31,269 nt of DNA, taken from the IMG/VR virus record IMGVR_UViG_2651869696_000013. One strand, given 5' to 3'. The position numbers and the translations under genes were made by a program. Under the pieces are notes generated by a model. The model worked only from the letters and a program-made list of their open reading frames with translations. It had not been told where the DNA came from and ran no database searches. Origin of the DNA: a virus. Taxonomy: Duplodnaviria > Heunggongvirae > Uroviricota > Caudoviricetes. Shown here one piece after another: positions 17,229-26,872 of this stretch. The stretch's first letter is position 1. Each line of letters opens with the position of its first letter.

Positions 17229-17641
17229 TGATTGTGCTGGTCGTATTGTTATCACTGGCGGTGGCGGGGCTGTTTCTGGCGAAGCATGAAAACGCCAGCC
17301 TGCGCGCCTCGCTGGACAGGGCGAACAACGTCGCCAGCGGGCAGCAGACGACCATCACCATGCTGAAAAATCAGCTTCATGTTGCCCTCACCAGGGCAGA
17401 CAAAAACGAGCTGGCGCAGGTGGCACTGCGTCAGGAACTGGAGAACGCCGCGAAGCGTGAAGCACAGCGCGAGAAAACCATCACGAGGTTACTGAATGAA
17501 AACGAAGATTTTCGCCGCTGGTACGGTGCTGACCTGCCTGATGCTGTGCGCCGGTTGCACCAGCGTCCGGCCTGCACCGACGCCAGTGATTGTCGCCAAC
17601 GCCTGCCCGAAAGTGAGTCTTTGCCCGATGCCGGGCAGTGA
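17216..17641 (+). CDS. lysB: LysB, Rz-like inner-membrane spanin
   Basis: 141 aa, N-terminal TM then coiled-coil-like region; position as P2 lysB. Confidence 0.8.
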   Translation: MSKLMIVLVVLLSLAVAGLFLAKHENASLRASLDRANNVASGQQTTITMLKNQLHVALTRADKNELAQVALRQELENAAKREAQREKTITRLLNENEDFRRWYGADLPDAVRRLHQRPACTDASDCRQRLPESESLPDAGQ

Positions 17642-17786
17642 CCCGCAGACGAACGGCGATTTAAGTGCTGATATCAGGCAGCTTGAGAACGCGCTGGCAC
17701 GCTGTGCCAGCCAGGTAAAAATGATTAAACACTGTCAGGACGAAAACGATGCTCAAACCCGACAGCCTGCGCAGGGCACTGACTGA
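17496..17786 (+). CDS. lysC: LysC, Rz1-like outer-membrane lipoprotein spanin
   Basis: Embedded out of frame in the lysB 3' half; lipobox LCAGC after a signal peptide; 96 aa as in P2. Confidence 0.8.
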   Translation: MKTKIFAAGTVLTCLMLCAGCTSVRPAPTPVIVANACPKVSLCPMPGSDPQTNGDLSADIRQLENALARCASQVKMIKHCQDENDAQTRQPAQGTD

Positions 17787-18216
17787 TGCCGTCACGGTGC
17801 TGAAAACCAGCCCCGAGATGCTGCGGATATTCGTGGATAACGGGAGTATTGCCTCCACACTGGCTGCGTCGCTGTCATTCGAAAAGCGTTACACGCTCAA
17901 TGTCATTGTGACCGACTTTACCGGTGATTTTGACCTGCTCATCGTGCCGGTGCTGGCGTGGCTGCGGGAAAATCAGCCCGACATCATGACCACCGATGAA
18001 GGCCAGAAAAAGGGCTTCACGTTTTATGCAGACATCAACAATGACAGCAGCTTTGATATCAGTATCAGCCTGATGCTGACCGAGCGCACGCTGGTCAGTG
18101 AGGTGGACGGCGCGCTGCATGTGAAGAATATCCCGGAACCTCCGCCGCCGGAGCCGGTCACCCGCCCGATGGAGCTGTATATCAATGGCGAACTCGTGAG
18201 TAAGTGGGATGAATGA
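17749..18216 (+). CDS. R: tail completion protein gpR
   Basis: 155 aa, P2 R-like. Confidence 0.88.
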   Translation: MLKPDSLRRALTDAVTVLKTSPEMLRIFVDNGSIASTLAASLSFEKRYTLNVIVTDFTGDFDLLIVPVLAWLRENQPDIMTTDEGQKKGFTFYADINNDSSFDISISLMLTERTLVSEVDGALHVKNIPEPPPPEPVTRPMELYINGELVSKWDE

Positions 18217-18661
18217 GTTTAAGCGTTTTGAAGACCGGCTGACCGGACTGATTGAGTCGCTGTCACCGTCAGGGCGTCGGCGACTGAGTGCCGAACTGGC
18301 GAAACGTCTGCGGCAGAGTCAGCAGCGTCGGGTGATGGCACAGAAAGCCCCGGACGGCACACCCTACGCGCCACGCCAGCAGCAGAGCGCCAGAAAAAAG
18401 ACCGGTCGTGTTAAGCGAAAAATGTTTGCGAAACTTATCACCAGTCGTTTTTTGCATATCCGCGCCAGCCCGGAGCAGGCATCAATGGAATTTTACGGCG
18501 GGAAGTCGCCGAAAATCGCCAGTGTGCATCAGTTTGGTCTGTCGGAAGAAAACCGGAAAGACGGTAAGAAAATTGATTATCCGGCGCGTCCTCTGCTCGG
18601 CTTTACCGGTGAGGATGTGCAGATGATTGAAGAGATTATCCTGGCTCACCTCGACCGTTAG
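18209..18661 (+). CDS. S: tail completion protein gpS
   Basis: 150 aa, P2 S-like. Confidence 0.88.
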   Translation: MNEFKRFEDRLTGLIESLSPSGRRRLSAELAKRLRQSQQRRVMAQKAPDGTPYAPRQQQSARKKTGRVKRKMFAKLITSRFLHIRASPEQASMEFYGGKSPKIASVHQFGLSEENRKDGKKIDYPARPLLGFTGEDVQMIEEIILAHLDR

Positions 18662-18727
18662 TTGTGCCATTCCCGACACCTCATCGTCACATTGCCGCCG
18701 GTATGACCCGGCGGCATCCTTCCCGTT

Positions 18728-19363
18728 ATGAACACTCTCGCAAATATCCAGGAACTCGCGCGCGCACTGCGCAACATGATTCGCACCGGCCTTGTCGTCG
18801 AAACCGACCTTAACGCCGGTCGCTGCCGTGTGCAGACCGGCGGCATGTGCACCGACTGGCTTCAGTGGCTGACCTGTCGTGCCGGGCGTTCGCGCATATG
18901 GTGGGCACCTTCCGTGGGGGAGCAGGTGCTGATTCTGGCCGTGGGCGGTGAACTTGACACGGCGTTTGTTCTGCCGGGGATTTATTCCGGCGATAACCCC
19001 GCGCCGTCTGCGTCGGCGGATGCCCTGCATATCCGTTTCCCTGACGGGGCGGTGATTGAGTATGAACCTGAAACCAGTGCACTGACGGTAAGCGGAATTA
19101 AAACGGCCAGCGTGACGGCTTCTGATTCTGTTACTGCCACGGTGCCGGTGGTCATGGTGAAAGCATCAACCCGCGTCACCCTGGACACACCGGAGGTGGT
19201 CTGCACCAACAGGCTGATTACCGGCACGCTGGAAGTGCAGAAGGGCGGGACGATGCGCGGCAACATTGAACACACCGGCGGTGAACTCTCATCAAACGGG
19301 AAGGTACTGCATACCCATAAACACCCCGGCGACAGCGGCGGCACAACCGGGGGACCTCTATGA
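18728..19363 (+). CDS. V: baseplate spike/assembly protein gpV
   Basis: 211 aa, P2 V-like. Confidence 0.9.
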   Translation: MNTLANIQELARALRNMIRTGLVVETDLNAGRCRVQTGGMCTDWLQWLTCRAGRSRIWWAPSVGEQVLILAVGGELDTAFVLPGIYSGDNPAPSASADALHIRFPDGAVIEYEPETSALTVSGIKTASVTASDSVTATVPVVMVKASTRVTLDTPEVVCTNRLITGTLEVQKGGTMRGNIEHTGGELSSNGKVLHTHKHPGDSGGTTGGPL

Positions 19364-19707
19364 CAGCGCGTTATCTCGGAATGAATCGCAGTGATGGCCT
19401 GACTGTCACTGACCTTGAGCATATCAGCCAGAGTATCGGCGATATCCTGCGCACACCGGTCGGCTCACGGGTGATGCGTCGTGATTACGGCTCGTTGCTG
19501 GCGTCAATGATTGACCAGCCGCAGACCCCGGCGCTTGAGTTGCAGATTAAGGTCGCCTGTTACATGGCGGTGCTGAAATGGGAACCCCGCGTCACCCTGT
19601 CATCCGTCACCACTGAGCGCAGTTTTGACGGGCGAATGACTGTCACTTTGACCGGCCAGCACAACGACACCGGCCAGCCACTTTCGTTAACCATCCCTGT
19701 GAGTTGA
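19360..19707 (+). CDS. W: baseplate protein gpW (gp25-like)
   Basis: 115 aa, P2 W-like. Confidence 0.9.
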   Translation: MTARYLGMNRSDGLTVTDLEHISQSIGDILRTPVGSRVMRRDYGSLLASMIDQPQTPALELQIKVACYMAVLKWEPRVTLSSVTTERSFDGRMTVTLTGQHNDTGQPLSLTIPVS

Positions 19708-19711
19708 AACC

Positions 19712-20620
19712 ATGCCGATTATCGACCTGAACCAGCTACCGGCACCGGATGTGGTCGAGGAGCTGGACTTTGAAACCATTCTCGCCGAACGCAAGGCGAC
19801 ACTGATTTCCCTTTACCCGGAAGACCAGCAGGAGGCGGTCGCCCGTACCCTGACGCTGGAATCTGAGCCTCTCGTTAAACTGCTGGAGGAAAATGCTTAT
19901 CGTGAGCTTATCTGGCGTCAGCGTGTGAATGAGGCCGCACGGGCGGTGATGCTGGCCTGTGCCGCCGGTAATGACCTTGATGTGATTGGTGCCAATTACA
20001 ACACCACGCGCCTGATTATCACCCCGGCAGATGATTCGACCCTCCCGCCGACACCGGCAGTGATGGAATCTGACACCGATTATCGTCTGCGTATTCAGCA
20101 GGCGTTTGAAGGTTTAAGCGTCGCCGGGTCGGTGGGAGCCTATCAGTATCATGGTCGCAGTGCCGACGGGCGTGTCGCGGATATCTCTGTCACCAGTCCG
20201 TCTCCGGCCTGCGTCACCATCTCTGTGCTGTCACGTGAAAATAACGGTGTCGCATCCGAAGACCTGCTGGCCGTGGTGCGTAACGCCCTTAATGGCGAGG
20301 ACGTCAGGCCGGTGGCCGACCGCGTGACCGTGCAGTCTGCCGCCATCGTTGAATACCAGATAAACGCCACGCTGTATCTTTACCCTGGTCCCGAAAGCGA
20401 ACCCATCCGCGCTGCCGCTGTGAAAAAACTGGAAGCGTATATCACGGCACAGCACCGGCTGGGGCGCGACATCCGTCTGTCTGCCATTTATGCCGCTTTG
20501 CATGTGGAAGGCGTGCAGCGTGTCGAACTGGCTGCACCACTGGCCGACATCGTGCTCAACAGTACGCAGGCGTCTTTCTGTACCGAATACCGCGTCGTGA
20601 CCGGAGGCTCGGATGAGTGA
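19712..20620 (+). CDS. J: baseplate protein gpJ
   Basis: 302 aa, P2 J-like. Confidence 0.9.
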   Translation: MPIIDLNQLPAPDVVEELDFETILAERKATLISLYPEDQQEAVARTLTLESEPLVKLLEENAYRELIWRQRVNEAARAVMLACAAGNDLDVIGANYNTTRLIITPADDSTLPPTPAVMESDTDYRLRIQQAFEGLSVAGSVGAYQYHGRSADGRVADISVTSPSPACVTISVLSRENNGVASEDLLAVVRNALNGEDVRPVADRVTVQSAAIVEYQINATLYLYPGPESEPIRAAAVKKLEAYITAQHRLGRDIRLSAIYAALHVEGVQRVELAAPLADIVLNSTQASFCTEYRVVTGGSDE

Positions 20621-21224
20621 TTCGCGACTGCTGCCGACCGGCTCATCACCGCTTGAGGTCGCCGCCGCAAAAGCCTGTGCGGAAATTGAAAAAACGCCGG
20701 TCAGTATTCGTGAGCTGTGGAACCCGGATACCTGTCCGGCAAATCTGCTGCCGTGGCTGGCGTGGTCATTTTCGGTCGACAGGTGGGATGATAAATGGCC
20801 GGAAGCGACCAAACGCGCTGTTATCCGCGATGCGTATTTCATTCACTGCCATAAGGGCACTATAGGCGCAATCCGGCGTGTGGTGGAGCCGCTCGGCTAT
20901 CTGATTGAGGTGAGGGAGTGGTGGCAACTCAATGAGGAGCCGGGGACGTTCCGCATCGTTGTTGGCGTGCTTGAGCAGGGTATTACCGAGGAAATGTATC
21001 AGGAGCTGGAGCGTCTCGTTGCTGATGCAAAACCTGCAAGCCGCCATCTGACGGGACTGGCTATCAGTTTAAGTACAACCGGCAACATTTTTGCCGGTGC
21101 GGGATGCTATCACGGCGACGCCCTGACTGTTTATCCCTACACCCCGGAGGCCATTATTGTCGGAGGGGATTATTTCCCGGCCTCGGCCATTCATTTAATT
21201 GATAACCTAAGAGTAAACGCATGA
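20613..21224 (+). CDS. I: baseplate protein gpI
   Basis: 203 aa, GGAGG RBS; position and sequence as P2 I, but longer than recalled for P2. Confidence 0.85.
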   Translation: MSDSRLLPTGSSPLEVAAAKACAEIEKTPVSIRELWNPDTCPANLLPWLAWSFSVDRWDDKWPEATKRAVIRDAYFIHCHKGTIGAIRRVVEPLGYLIEVREWWQLNEEPGTFRIVVGVLEQGITEEMYQELERLVADAKPASRHLTGLAISLSTTGNIFAGAGCYHGDALTVYPYTPEAIIVGGDYFPASAIHLIDNLRVNA

Positions 21225-22399
21225 CAGTGAAATACTACGCCATTCTGACTAATCAGGGCGCGGCACGGCTGGCTAACGCGACGATGCTCGGCAGTAAGCT
21301 GAATCTGACGCAAATGGCCGTTGGTGATGCGAATGGTGTCTTGCCGACACCAGATCCGGCACAGACAAAACTGATTAACCAGAAACACATCGCGCCGCTG
21401 AATCTTCTGAGTGTTGACCCGAACAACCAGAGCCAGATTATTGCGGAGCAAATCATCCCTGAGAACGAGGGCGGATTCTGGATCCGTGAGATAGGTCTTT
21501 ATGATGATGAAGGCGTACTCATTGCGGTGGCGAACTGCCCGGAAACGTACAAACCGCAGTTACAGGAAGGCAGTGGTCGTACCCAGACCATCCGTATGAT
21601 TCTGGTTGTCACGAATACCGAAGCCATCACGCTGAAAATCGACCCGTCGGTGGTACTGGCGACCCGTAAATACGTGGATGATAAAGTCCTGGAATTAAAG
21701 CTGTATGTGGATGACCAGATGAGAAACCACATTGTTGCACAGGATCCTCATACCCAGTATGCGCAGAAACATAATCCGACATTTACCGGAGAACCAAAAG
21801 CGCCGACGCCTGCTGCAGGAAATAACACCACGCGGATTGCGACCACTGCGTTTGTACAGGCCGCTATTACCGCTCTGATTAACGGCGCGCCAGCCACGCT
21901 GGACACACTGAAAGAAATTGCCGCAGCCATTAACAATGACCCGAAATTCAGTACCACCATTAACAATGCGCTGTCAGGTAAGCAGCCACTGGATGAGACG
22001 CTGACTCATTTGAGTGGGAAGGATGTTGCCGGTCTTCTTGCATACCTTGGTTTGGGAGAAGCGGCAAAACGGAATGTAGGGACAGGGGCGAATCAGATAC
22101 CTGATATGGGTAGCTTCACGCTTTCTGTTTCAGGTACTGGATATCAAAAATTACCATCAGGTTTTATTCTTCAGTGGGGCTCAATCGGCGCACCAGGCAT
22201 TGCACAGGATGTAGTAACCCATTTCCCGATTGCATTTCCAAACAGATGTCTGCGTGTTTTGGTCTCACAAGACTACACACCAGATAGCGGGGCTGTTGGT
22301 TATATTGCCTGTGCAGGTTTTAGTCCCGACCCGGTTAAATTTATATCCAGAGCCAGTACTCCTGGCCTCGGCGCTTCATTTTTAGCGTTAGGCTGTTAA
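21221..22399 (+). CDS. H: tail fibre protein gpH (P2-like N-terminus, invertible C-terminal module)
   Basis: N-terminus [20 protein letters not shown]... is P2 H-like; only 392 aa, and the part after the crossover site at about 22047 lies inside the invertible segment. Confidence 0.88.
   Translation: MTVKYYAILTNQGAARLANATMLGSKLNLTQMAVGDANGVLPTPDPAQTKLINQKHIAPLNLLSVDPNNQSQIIAEQIIPENEGGFWIREIGLYDDEGVLIAVANCPETYKPQLQEGSGRTQTIRMILVVTNTEAITLKIDPSVVLATRKYVDDKVLELKLYVDDQMRNHIVAQDPHTQYAQKHNPTFTGEPKAPTPAAGNNTTRIATTAFVQAAITALINGAPATLDTLKEIAAAINNDPKFSTTINNALSGKQPLDETLTHLSGKDVAGLLAYLGLGEAAKRNVGTGANQIPDMGSFTLSVSGTGYQKLPSGFILQWGSIGAPGIAQDVVTHFPIAFPNRCLRVLVSQDYTPDSGAVGYIACAGFSPDPVKFISRASTPGLGASFLALGC
22035..22060 (+). 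repeat. left recombination (hix/gix-like) site of the invertible segment
   Basis: TTCTTGCATACC-TT-GGTTTGGGAGAA; the 15-mer TTGGTTTGGGAGAAG (22047-22061) recurs inverted at 23932-23946; resembles the 26-bp hixL site as recalled. Confidence 0.6.
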
Positions 22400-22420
22400 T
22401 TTAGCTATATGGAGTGAAAA

Positions 22421-22861
22421 ATGAATTACATATATTCCGCGACTACAAACTCTTTCTATCCGCTGGAGATGAAAGAGGATTACACTCAAGCTGACTCATG
22501 GCCAGATGATGCTGTTGAAGTTGATGAGCAAGTGTATATTGCGTTTTCCGGATTACCGCCGAAAGGAAAAATCCGTATCGCTGGAGAAAATGGTTTTCCT
22601 GCATGGTCTGAAATTCCACCACCAACACATGAGGAACAGATTGCTGCAGCCGAACAGGAAAAGCAGCAACTGATTAATCAGGCCAACGTTTATATGAACA
22701 GTAAACAATGGCCTGGTAAAGCGGCTATTGGTCGTCTGAAAGGTGAGGAACTGGCGCAATATAATTTGTGGCTGGATTATCTGGACGCACTGGAACTGGT
22801 CGATACTTCCGGTGCGCCAGATATTGAATGGCCTACGCCTCCGGCAGTTCAGGCCAGATGA
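22421..22861 (+). CDS. G: tail fibre assembly chaperone gpG (current orientation)
   Basis: 146 aa; C-terminus ...DTSGAPDIEWPTPPA is paralogous to the G' C-terminus. Confidence 0.8.
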   Translation: MNYIYSATTNSFYPLEMKEDYTQADSWPDDAVEVDEQVYIAFSGLPPKGKIRIAGENGFPAWSEIPPPTHEEQIAAAEQEKQQLINQANVYMNSKQWPGKAAIGRLKGEELAQYNLWLDYLDALELVDTSGAPDIEWPTPPAVQAR

Positions 22862-23435
22862 CATCCGGCGCGGTGCTGGTATCTGTTGCCGTCACCGCGT
22901 CAATGTAATCCAGCACAGCGTTAAGTCGGGTGTTTTCTGTCTGCATCAGCTTCCGCCCGGCCTGCAATTTCAGTTGAATCAGACTAATGGAAGCCATTGC
23001 AGTATCAATCAGTGACTGACGCTGTGCTTCTGCCGCGCCTACTGCGGCGCTATGCTGTGCCTCAGTATCGGTCACCCATTTCTCACCATCCCATTTATCG
23101 TATGGCGTTAACGGTGCGAGAGTGGTTGTTTTTTCGGGATAGTCGCCTGGTGCTGTGATTTCTTTGGCATCTCCCGTTTCGGTGTTATAGACAATTTCAC
23201 CGCGATGGTCTGGCACATATTCCCATGAGTTAAAATCTGCTGAGCGGCAGATAGCATAACCAGCTTTATGTGTAACTGGCGCATCTAAACAAGAACATGC
23301 CGGGATACCGACGCCAACAGCAAGATATTCAGTTGATGTAGAAATATATTCCCGCGTTTCACCATCATAATTATAAACGGTAATATCTCCCGCCTTTGTG
23401 GCGATGAGTTCCTTATTTAATATAGCTTTATCCAT
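22833..23435 (-). CDS. alternative tail fibre assembly chaperone (G')
   Basis: 200 aa; C-terminus ...TDTSTAPDVIWPELPEA; convergent with G, overlapping at the 3' ends. Confidence 0.75.
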   Translation of the reverse strand: MDKAILNKELIATKAGDITVYNYDGETREYISTSTEYLAVGVGIPACSCLDAPVTHKAGYAICRSADFNSWEYVPDHRGEIVYNTETGDAKEITAPGDYPEKTTTLAPLTPYDKWDGEKWVTDTEAQHSAAVGAAEAQRQSLIDTAMASISLIQLKLQAGRKLMQTENTRLNAVLDYIDAVTATDTSTAPDVIWPELPEA

Positions 23436-23946
23436 CAGGCAGCCCTCACGATATAATTAAAGGCAATGTTACGGGGTCGATTTTCGTTTGCAGTTGGAAC
23501 AATTCTTGAAGCATCAAGGCCAATCACTTTTGGGTAAACAGCGCCGTCTGCTCTTTCTGTCACCATACTTCTGGTTAAGGAGAAATAACTATTGTTTGTA
23601 GAGGGACTCAATGGCACTATGGCCCCCTTAAACGAGCCTGCTGTTTCCCATATTGAATAATTTTCAGTGTTTACAGTTCTGAACTCACCATAGATATTAC
23701 GTATGGCATCGCCCTGAGCTGATAATATTGTTCTCCCCGCATCCGCACTACGCCCATCATCCCAGCCACGAATAAATTCACCGCGTAAATCAGGCAATTT
23801 ATTTGTCGGGTAAGCCTTTGCCAGTTCCGGGTATTCTTCAGCAGAAAAAGCTGCTCCGTTGCATTTCAGCCAGCCTGTTGGCGGAGTGGCTGAGGGCCAC
23901 GGAACAGGCACCCCAACCGGTAATGCAGAGCCTTCTCCCAAACCAA
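23435..23946 (-). CDS. promoterless alternative tail-fibre C-terminal cassette (H')
   Basis: In frame across the crossover site (..NVGLGEGSAL..); tail-collar-like motif GWLKCNGAAFSAEEYPELAKAY...LPDLRGEFIRGWDDGR; expressed only after inversion fuses it to the H N-terminus. Confidence 0.7.
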
Positions 23947-23958
23947 CGTTTATGAAAA
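23933..23958 (-). repeat. right recombination (hix/gix-like) site of the invertible segment
   Basis: Reverse complement reads TTTTCATAAACG-TT-GGTTTGGGAGAA; same right half-site as the left site. Confidence 0.6.
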
Positions 23959-24013
23959 TGCAGAGATAATGGCTAACTGGCATCATCCCCGGTTTTTATT
24001 CAGGGGATTGATC

Positions 24014-24607
24014 ATGCTTATTGGCTATGTACGCGTGTCAACAAATGACCAGAACACCGATTTGCAACGTAGTGCGCTGAACTGCGCGGGATGTGAGCGG
24101 ATTTTTGAGGATAAAATCAGCGGCACTAAGTCCGACAGACCGGGGCTGAAAAAACTGCTCAGGACACTATCGGCAGGAGACACGCTGGTAGTCTGGAAGC
24201 TGGACAGGCTGGGGCGTAGTATGCGGCATCTGGTCATTCTGGTTGAGGAGCTGCGCGAACGCGGCGTTAATTTTCGCAGCCTGACAGATGCTATTGATAC
24301 CAGCACGCCGATGGGGCGTTTTTTCTTTCATGTGATGGGTGCCCTGGCTGAAATGGAGCGAGAACTCATTGTCGAGCGGACACGCGCCGGACTGGAAGCG
24401 GCCAGAGCCAAAGGGCGTATTGGTGGCAGACGTCCGAAGCTCACCGCGAGTGAGTGGGAACAGGCAGGACGGTTGCTGGCTGCGGGTGAATCACGTCAAC
24501 GCGTGGCGCTGATTTTTGATATTGGCCTGTCCACGCTCTATAAAAAATTCCCCTCATCAGCGGCAAAGAATAAATTGTGTCATCCCTTAGCCAACCGGGA
24601 CAAATAG
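24014..24607 (+). CDS. serine DNA invertase (Hin/Gin/Cin/Pin family)
   Basis: Start at ATG 24014: MLIGYVRVSTNDQNTDLQ (catalytic Ser motif); C-terminal HTH ...GRIGGRRPKLT...VALIFDIGLSTLYKKF typical of the family. Confidence 0.9.
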   Translation: MLIGYVRVSTNDQNTDLQRSALNCAGCERIFEDKISGTKSDRPGLKKLLRTLSAGDTLVVWKLDRLGRSMRHLVILVEELRERGVNFRSLTDAIDTSTPMGRFFFHVMGALAEMERELIVERTRAGLEAARAKGRIGGRRPKLTASEWEQAGRLLAAGESRQRVALIFDIGLSTLYKKFPSSAAKNKLCHPLANRDK

Positions 24608-24666
24608 CCTGACATCTCCGGCACAACTGAAAATAACACTCACCCATTAACCACGGAGTTAAACGG

Positions 24667-25857
24667 ATGAGTGACTATCATCACGGCGTGCAGGTGCTGG
24701 AGATTAACGACGGCACCCGCGTCATTTCCACCGTATCCACCGCCATTGTTGGCATGGTCTGCACGGCCAGCGATGCGGATGCGGAAACCTTCCCCGTCAA
24801 TAAACCGGTGCTGATCACCAATGTGCAGAGCGCGATTGCAAAGGCCGGTAAAAAAGGCACGCTGGCGGCATCGTTGCAGGCCATCGCTGACCAGTCAAAA
24901 CCGGTCACCGTTGTCGTGCGCGTGGAAGACGGCACCGGCGACGACGAAGAAACGAAACTCGCGCAGACCGTTTCCAATATCATCGGCACCACTGACGAAA
25001 ACGGTCAGTACACCGGACTGAAAGCCCTGCTGGCGGCGGAGTCGGTAACCGGTGTTAAACCGCGTATTCTCGGTGTGCCGGGACTGGATACCAAAGAGGT
25101 GGCTGTTGCACTGGCATCCGTCTGTCAGAAGCTGCGCGCTTTCGGGTATATCAGCGCATGGGGCTGTAAAACCATTTCCGAGGTGAAAGCCTACCGTCAG
25201 AATTTCAGCCAGCGTGAGCTGATGGTCATCTGGCCGGATTTCCTCGCATGGGATACGGTTGCCAGTACCACCGCCACCGCGTATGCCACCGCCCGTGCGC
25301 TGGGTCTGCGTGCCAAAATCGACCAGGAGCAGGGCTGGCATAAAACGCTGTCCAACGTCGGGGTGAACGGTGTTACCGGCATCAGCGCCTCTGTATTCTG
25401 GGATTTGCAGGAGTCCGGCACCGATGCTGACCTGCTTAACGAGTCAGGCATCACAACGCTGATTCGCCGCGACGGTTTCCGCTTCTGGGGTAACCGTACC
25501 TGCTCCGATGACCCGCTGTTCCTCTTTGAAAACTACACCCGCACCGCGCAGGTGCTGGCCGACACGATGGCTGAGGCGCACATGTGGGCGGTGGACAAGC
25601 CCATCACCGCAACGCTGATTCGCGACATCGTTGACGGCATCAATGCCAAATTCCGTGAGCTGAAAACAAACGGCTATATCGTGGATGCGACCTGCTGGTT
25701 CAGCGAAGAATCCAACGATGCGGAAACCCTCAAGGCCGGAAAACTGTATATCGACTACGACTATACCCCGGTGCCTCCTCTTGAAAACCTGACCCTGCGC
25801 CAGCGTATTACCGATAAATACCTGGCAAATCTGGTCACCTCGGTTAACAGCAATTAA
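24667..25857 (+). CDS. FI: tail sheath protein gpFI
   Basis: 396 aa, P2 FI-like. Confidence 0.93.
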   Translation: MSDYHHGVQVLEINDGTRVISTVSTAIVGMVCTASDADAETFPVNKPVLITNVQSAIAKAGKKGTLAASLQAIADQSKPVTVVVRVEDGTGDDEETKLAQTVSNIIGTTDENGQYTGLKALLAAESVTGVKPRILGVPGLDTKEVAVALASVCQKLRAFGYISAWGCKTISEVKAYRQNFSQRELMVIWPDFLAWDTVASTTATAYATARALGLRAKIDQEQGWHKTLSNVGVNGVTGISASVFWDLQESGTDADLLNESGITTLIRRDGFRFWGNRTCSDDPLFLFENYTRTAQVLADTMAEAHMWAVDKPITATLIRDIVDGINAKFRELKTNGYIVDATCWFSEESNDAETLKAGKLYIDYDYTPVPPLENLTLRQRITDKYLANLVTSVNSN

Positions 25858-25869
25858 GGAGCCTGACCG

Positions 25870-26388
25870 ATGGCAATGCCGCGCAAACTCAAGTTAATGA
25901 ACGTCTTTCTGAACGGCTACAGCTATCAGGGCGTTGCAAAGTCCGTCACGCTGCCAAAACTGACCCGTAAGCTCGAAAACTATCGCGGTGCGGGGATGAA
26001 CGGCAGCGCACCGGTAGACCTCGGCCTTGATGACGATGCGCTGTCAATGGAGTGGTCGCTCGGGGGCTTCCCGGATTCGGTTATCTGGGAGCTTTACGCC
26101 GCAACCGGTGTGGATGCCGTGCCGATTCGTTTTGCAGGCTCTTACCAGCGCGACGATACCGGCGAAACGGTGGCCGTCGAGGTGGTCATGCGTGGCCGTC
26201 AGAAAGAAATCGACACCGGCGAGGGTAAACAGGGAGAAGACACTGAGTCGAAAATCTCCGTGGTCTGCACCTATTTCCGGCTGACGATGGACGGTAAGGA
26301 GCTGGTCGAAATTGACACCATCAACATGATTGAGAAGGTGAACGGCGTCGACCGGCTGGAGCAACACCGCCGCAATATCGGCCTGTGA
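25870..26388 (+). CDS. FII: tail tube protein gpFII
   Basis: 172 aa, P2 FII-like. Confidence 0.93.
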   Translation: MAMPRKLKLMNVFLNGYSYQGVAKSVTLPKLTRKLENYRGAGMNGSAPVDLGLDDDALSMEWSLGGFPDSVIWELYAATGVDAVPIRFAGSYQRDDTGETVAVEVVMRGRQKEIDTGEGKQGEDTESKISVVCTYFRLTMDGKELVEIDTINMIEKVNGVDRLEQHRRNIGL

Positions 26389-26444
26389 TTTTCATCCGGT
26401 CAGCCTGGCTGGCCGGTTAACCCTGATTCAGAAGTGAGAAAACC

Positions 26445-26720
26445 ATGAACAAAGAAAATGTCATTACCCTGGACAATCCGGTCAAACGTGGTGAGCAGGT
26501 TATCGAACAGGTCACGCTGATGAAACCCAATGCCGGGACGCTACGCGGTGTCAGTCTGGCTGCGGTTGCAAACTCCGAAGTCGATGCACTGATTAAGGTG
26601 CTGCCGCGCATGACTGCACCGATGCTGACCGAGCAGGAAGTCGCCGCGCTGGAACTGCCTGACCTTGTGGCGCTGGCCGGTAAGGTGGTCGGTTTTTTGT
26701 CGCCGAACTCGGTGCAGTGA
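26445..26720 (+). CDS. E: tail assembly chaperone gpE
   Basis: 91 aa, P2 E-like. Confidence 0.88.
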   Translation: MNKENVITLDNPVKRGEQVIEQVTLMKPNAGTLRGVSLAAVANSEVDALIKVLPRMTAPMLTEQEVAALELPDLVALAGKVVGFLSPNSVQ

Positions 26721-26872
26721 CGTTTCCAAAAAATCTCTCGGTCGATGACCTGATGGCGGATGTGGCAGTGATATTTCACTGGCCGCCATCAGAACTGTAT
26801 CCCATGAGCCTGACCGAACTCATCACATGGCGCGAAAAGGCGCTCCGGCGAAGCGGAAACACGAATGAGTAA
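26445..26872 (+). CDS. gpE+E', programmed -1 frameshift product
   Basis: Slippery GGTTTTTTG at 26691-26699; -1 frame stays open to TAA at 26870-26872, giving ...FPKNLSVDDLMADVAVIFHWPPSELYPMSLTELITWREKALRRSGNTNE; overlaps the T start. Confidence 0.8.
26692..26698 (+). promoter_or_regulatory. T6G slippery site for the E/E' -1 frameshift
   Basis: TTTTTTG heptamer near the 3' end of E, conserved position in P2-like tail chaperone genes. Confidence 0.75.

Larger units (their letters stand above)
22047..23946. other. invertible tail-fibre segment (Mu G-segment / P1 C-segment type)
   Basis: Bounded by perfect 15-bp inverted repeats in identical codon phase; holds the H C-terminus and G on plus, alternative G' and H' C-terminus on minus; invertase gene adjacent. 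Confidence 0.75.

Noticed and set aside
18694-18715. GC-rich hairpin GCCGCCGG-TATGAC-CCGGCGGC between S and V as a terminator
   Set aside because: No U-tract follows on either strand; recorded as a possible structure only.
18662-18727. Ogr-dependent late promoter (TGT-N12-ACA dyad) upstream of V
   Set aside because: Only an imperfect TGT-N12-ACC at 18663-18680 was found, and its spacing to the V start is implausible; late promoters upstream of P/O, V and FI are expected but could not be placed confidently by eye.
26395-26425. Imperfect palindrome CCGGTCAGCC-T-GGCTGGCCGG between FII and E as a terminator or attenuator
   Set aside because: One mismatch, effectively no loop and no U-tract; insufficient support.
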